64,000 bases of DNA, taken from positions 96,596,001 through 96,660,000 of the forward strand of contig NC_086107.1 in the NCBI RefSeq assembly GCF_963921235.1, given 5' to 3'. A program made the position numbers and the translations under genes. Within the stretch, counting starts at the first letter, position 1, and each line of letters opens with the position of its first letter. The notes beneath the pieces are model-generated. The model did not search any database. It was not told the origin of the DNA and worked only from the letters and a program-made list of their open reading frames with translations. Positions 59,672-64,000 of the stretch are shown here, piece by piece. The DNA comes from Mobula hypostoma. Lineage: Eukaryota.

Positions 59672-61550
59672 AGGGGTGGAGATTCATCTCTACCAAAGGA
59701 GGTGTGAGGTGCTCCTTCCCTCCGCTAGCCTAGGTCACCCTTGGGTAAGGTGTAGCACCTGCTTCGCCCCCGATCAGGGTCACGTGAAGCCGTGGGAGTG
59801 GGTGCTGGATGGTCGTACGAGCAGCCGGTGCACATCACAAGTCCTGGTCATGCGACCACTGACGCCAGGCAGACAATCCTGGAAGAGTGTTGTTAATGGC
59901 TGGGAGCGGGAGGGTGGTCACCTGTCTTGTAAAGACACTGCCCAGAAGAAGGCAATGGCAAACCACTTCTGTAGAAAAATTTGCCCAAGAACGATCATGG
60001 CCACGGAAGTTCTAAGACTAAACCTAGCAATTATCGGTCTGTGAGTTTGATGTTAGTGGTGGGTAAATCAATGGAAAGTATTCTTAGAGATGGTATATAT
60101 AATTATCTGGATAGACAGGGTCTGATTAGGAACAGTCAACATGGATTTGTACGTGGAAGGTCATGTTTGACAAATCATATTGAATTTTTTGAAGAGGTTA
60201 CTAGGAAAGTTGAGGAGGGTAAAGCGGTGGATGTTGTCTATATGGACTTCAGTAAGGCCTTTGACAAGGTCCCACATGGAAGGTTGGTTAGGAAGGTTCA
60301 ATCGTTAGGTATTAATATTGAAGTAGTAAAATGGATTCAGCAGTGGCTGGATGGGAGACGCCAGAGAGTAGAGGTGGATAACTGTTTGTCAGATTGGAGG
60401 CCGGTGACTAGTGGTGTGCTTCAGGGATCTGTACTGGGTCCAATGTTATTTGTCATATACATTAATGATCTGGATGATGGGGTGGTAAATTGGATGAGTA
60501 AGTATGCAGATGATATTAAGATAGGTGGAGTTGTGGATAATGAAGTAGGTTTTCAAAGCTTGCAGAGAGATTTGGGCCAGTTAGAAGAGTGGGCTGAAAG
60601 ATGGCAGATGGAGTTTAATGCTGATAAATGTGAGGTGCTACATTTTGGTAGGACTAATCAAAATAGGACATACATGGTATATGGTAGGGCATTGAAGAAT
60701 GCAGTAGAACAGAGGGATCTAGGAATAATGGTGCATAGTTCCCTGAAGGTGGAATCTCATGTGGATAGGGTGGTGAAGAAAGCTTTTGGTATGCTGGCCT
60801 TTATAAATCAGAGCATTGAGTATAGGAGTTGGGATGTAATGTTGAAATCGTACAAGGCATTGGTGAGGCCAAATTTGGAGTACTGTATTGTGTACAGTTT
60901 TGGTCACCGAATTATAGGAAAGATGTCAACAAATTAGAGAGAATACAGAGAAGATTTACTAGAATGTTACCTGGGTTTCATCACCTAAGTTACAGAGAAA
61001 GGTTGAACAAGTTGGGTCTTTATTCTTTCGAATGTAGAAGGTTGAAGGGGGACTTGATAGAGGTATTTAAAATTATGAGGGGGATAGATAGAGTTAACGT
61101 GGATAGGCTTTTTCCATTGAGAGTGGGGGAGATTCAAACAAGAGGACATGAGTTGAGAGTTAAAGGGCAAAAGTTTAGGGGTAACATGAGGGGGAACTTC
61201 TTTACTCAGAGAGTGGTAGCTGTGTGGAACGAGCTTCCAGCAGAAGTGGTTGAGGCAGGTTCGATGTTGTTGTTTAAAGTTAAATTGGATCGATATATGG
61301 ACAGGAAACGAATGGAGGGTTATGGGCTGAGTGCAGGTCGGTGGGATTAGGTGAGAGTAAGAGTTCGGCACGGACTAGAAGGGCCGAGATGCCCTGTTTC
61401 TGTGCTGTAATTGTTATATGGTTATATGGTTAAAGACCACAATCGCCCACATCGTATGACACAACACATAATGGTGAAGTCATATGGCATGGTGCATAAT
61501 GATGATGTCATATGGCACGGCACATAATGATGATGTCATATGACAGCACC
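59672..61550 (+). mobile_element. RTE-tail SINE (59672-60008 plus 61432-61550) split by a CR1; tail has a 27-28-bp unit x3
   Basis: The SINE tail atcatggccacggaag resumes as aaagaccacaatcgccc after the CR1; gtcatatggca..cataatgatgat is repeated. Confidence 0.75.
60009..61431 (+). mobile_element. Young 1.4-kb 5'-truncated CR1 LINE
   Basis: RT ORF (QHGFVRGRSCLTN, DVVYMDFSKAFDKVPH, SGVLQGSVLGP, YADD) with one frameshift near 60890; (TTATATGG)n tail. Confidence 0.95.
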
Positions 61551-62904
61551 TAACAAACGAAATATAGATGACAAGCTTAGTGCGTTTGTTGGAAAGTTTC
61601 AGGGCCCTACCAAAAACGTTGACTCTGTTTCTCTTTGCACAGATGTGCTCTGACCTGCTGAGATTTTTGAGCATTAGTTGTTTTAGAGATACAACACAGT
61701 AACAGATCTTTCCTGCCTAACGAGCTCGTGCCGTTCAGTTTCACCCATATGACTGGTTAACCTATTAATCCAAATGTTGTTGGGATGCGAGAGGAAGCTG
61801 GAGCACCCAGAGGAAATCAACACAGTCATGGGAGGATGTACGTATTTCATACAGATAGCAGAGGAATTTCACTGGATCATTGTCATTGTAACAGGGTTAC
61901 AATAACTGCAGTGCTTACCATACTATCCATTTTCCGTTTTAATTTTAGATTTCTAGCGTTTGCAGATTTCATTTTGTTTTATTTTCACTGCGATGATAAT
62001 CATGTTCCTGCTTTAGTTTGTTAATTTGCGGAGTTCCGATTTCACAATCCATGCCAAAGCAGTGCCGAATTCTTTAACCAGTTCCAGCTGCAGTCAAAAT
62101 CATTTGTCCTTGCGGGGACTTCAGCAGGGAATTTGATCCTGTGTTCATTACAAAACTTTTTAAAAAAAACAACTTACTACATTTACAGTTTCTGGCAGTG
62201 ATTGCAGACCTCTGGCGCCTAGGCTTTGAACCCTGCTGGATTTTATTAAGGGTTTTCACCGGAAACATTTGGTCCTCTCCTTGCATTTTACAAGCATTTT
62301 CAGCATTTTCTGATTTTGTTTCAGATTTCCGACATCTGCAGGGTTTCTTTATTTTTTTTCCTCTCTTGATTGTCATTTAAAACCACAAGATATAGGAGCA
62401 GAATTAGGCCATTTGGCCCATCGAGTCTGCCATTTCACCGTGACTGCTCCATTTTCCCTCTCAGCCCCACTCTCCTGCCTTCTCCCCATATCCCTTCATG
62501 CCCTAACTAATCAAAAACTTATCAACTTCAAATATAGCCGATGACTTGGCCTCCATAGCAGCCTGTGGCAATGAATTGCACATATTCACACGCTTAGCTA
62601 AAGAAATTCCTCCTCATCTCTGTTCTAAAATGGTGTCCTTCTGTTCTGAGGCTGTGTCCTCTGGTCTTAGACTCCCCTCACCATCCCCTCCACATCCACC
62701 CTACTGAGGCCTTTCGACATTTGATTTCTTTGGGAATGAGTTGTAGAGCTTGCCGAGTTGGGGTAAGTTCATCTATGTTATACAAAGAGAAAGGTCTCCG
62801 GGTCATTCTTTTCGTTGCTCAGAATTTTGTTAGTATAAAATAAATGCAGCTATTTTTCACTTAATGATTTATACTTCCTTTCATTTTGTTTATTTATTGA
62901 AATA

Positions 62905-63150
62905 CAGCGTGGAATTGGCCCTCACGGGCCTTCAAGCCATGCTGCCCAGCCTAATCCTAGCCTACCTCAATCTAGTACTGACGGGACAATTTACAATGAT
63001 CAATTAACTTGCCAACCGGTGCATCTTTGGATTGTGGGAGGAAACCGGAGCACCTGGAGGAAACCCATGTGGTCACGGGGAGAACCTACAAACAGGCAGT
63101 GACGGGTATTGACCCCGTATCACCTGCACTGTAAAGCTACTGTGCTGCCC
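62905..63150 (-). mobile_element. V-SINE-like element (further degenerate copies at about 30050-30290, 30820-31010, 58590-58700 and 61740-61920)
   Basis: gggacaatttacaatgatcaattaac..ggattgtgggaggaaaccggagcacc. Confidence 0.8.
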
Positions 63151-63517
63151 TAGCTGAAGGGACCATTTCACTGCGGCAGACAGTCCTGCTCTTGCCAGCT
63201 CAGTGTTGTTTAGGATTTACACAACAAGTGTGCAAGATTCAGTGGAAGTTGTGTCTAGGGTGCATGGTGCTCAGTGTGAACTGTACAATTAGACCGAATC
63301 TGTGTGAAGGCTGCAGTATAGATTATGAATCTGGAGGTTAAAAGTGTATGGCTTCAGGAGCAGGAGGCGAAGAGAGCCAATGGCTGGATTCAGAAATAAG
63401 GAAAAGGGTAAATGAATAACTAGTTTAACTTAATTGGAAGTTGAAAGCCAAAGGAATTTGCCCCAGATATAATAGTGAATTTAAAAAATTATCATTACTT
63501 ATGAAGATCAAGAGGAA

Positions 63518-63690
63518 TTTTTTTTGGTAATTTATTTTTTATTGAATTTCATCTTCAAATAAACATTTCCACAAGATGTATTTCAGACACTGTACGTATA
63601 TGTCATATAATCATACTTGTCACAAATCTCCACATAATACTTATCTGAGGTATACACTTACAGAAAGGGGAGGAAAGAAAGAGATTTTAA
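63518..63690 (-). mobile_element. Possible L1/Tx1-type 3' end
   Basis: T-rich run with tttattg (AATAAA plus A-rich tail on minus) preceding unique-looking sequence; no coding evidence. Confidence 0.4.
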
Positions 63691-64000
63691 TGCCAATAAT
63701 TTCCTTTGTATGGGGAAGAGGAATGACAAAGCAGGAGAGTATTTCTATATCTGCATTTCCCATTACCTCTGTCATAGAACACTAAAGGACAGAAACAGGC
63801 CCTTCGGCCCATCTACACCATGCCAAACTATTATTCTGCCTAGTTCCATCAGCATATACCCAGAACTGTAGCCCTCTCGTCCATGTACTTATCCAAATTT
63901 CTCTTAAATGCTGAAATTGAACCCGCTTCCACCATTTCCGCTGGCAGCTTAATCCACACCGTCCCCACCCTCTGAGTGAAGATGTTGGCCCTCATGTCCC

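Noticed and set aside
61550-64000. Transmembrane or cytoplasmic exon of the B7 gene
   Set aside because: No phase-1 exon with a convincing hydrophobic span and splice sites was found; T-rich ORFs such as 62141-62380 overlap repeat tails. The exon is probably beyond the window.

Overview
Vertebrate genomic DNA. The repeat landscape (CR1, Rex-Babar, Penelope, V-SINE-type tRNA SINEs) suggests a cartilaginous fish, probably a ray; this is inference. Two host genes sit head to head about 19.5 kb apart. On the minus strand is coding exon 1 of a WBP2/WBP2NL-family gene (967-1025, MALNRNHSQNGGVIIHNGE). On the plus strand is a B7-family co-stimulatory ligand gene of the CD80/CD86/ICOSL type, with four phase-compatible coding exons (20526-20554, 43059-43120, IgV 49314-49658, IgC 59321-59608); its transmembrane exon was not found in the window. 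Most of the rest is transposon debris. The main observations are: (1) many Penelope tails carry a minimal hammerhead ribozyme motif, and their fold-back junctions and solo insertions repeatedly break at that motif, in two different families; (2) a near full-length Sleeping Beauty-type Tc1 element; (3) non-autonomous Tc1 elements whose ends are themselves TA-flanked hairpins; (4) a 683-bp MITE with a 6-bp target duplication; (5) NF-kB, ISRE and ARE motif clusters in the B7 gene introns. All calls were made by eye. Exon, TIR and TSD coordinates were counted base by base; edges of degenerate repeats are approximate (tens of bp).
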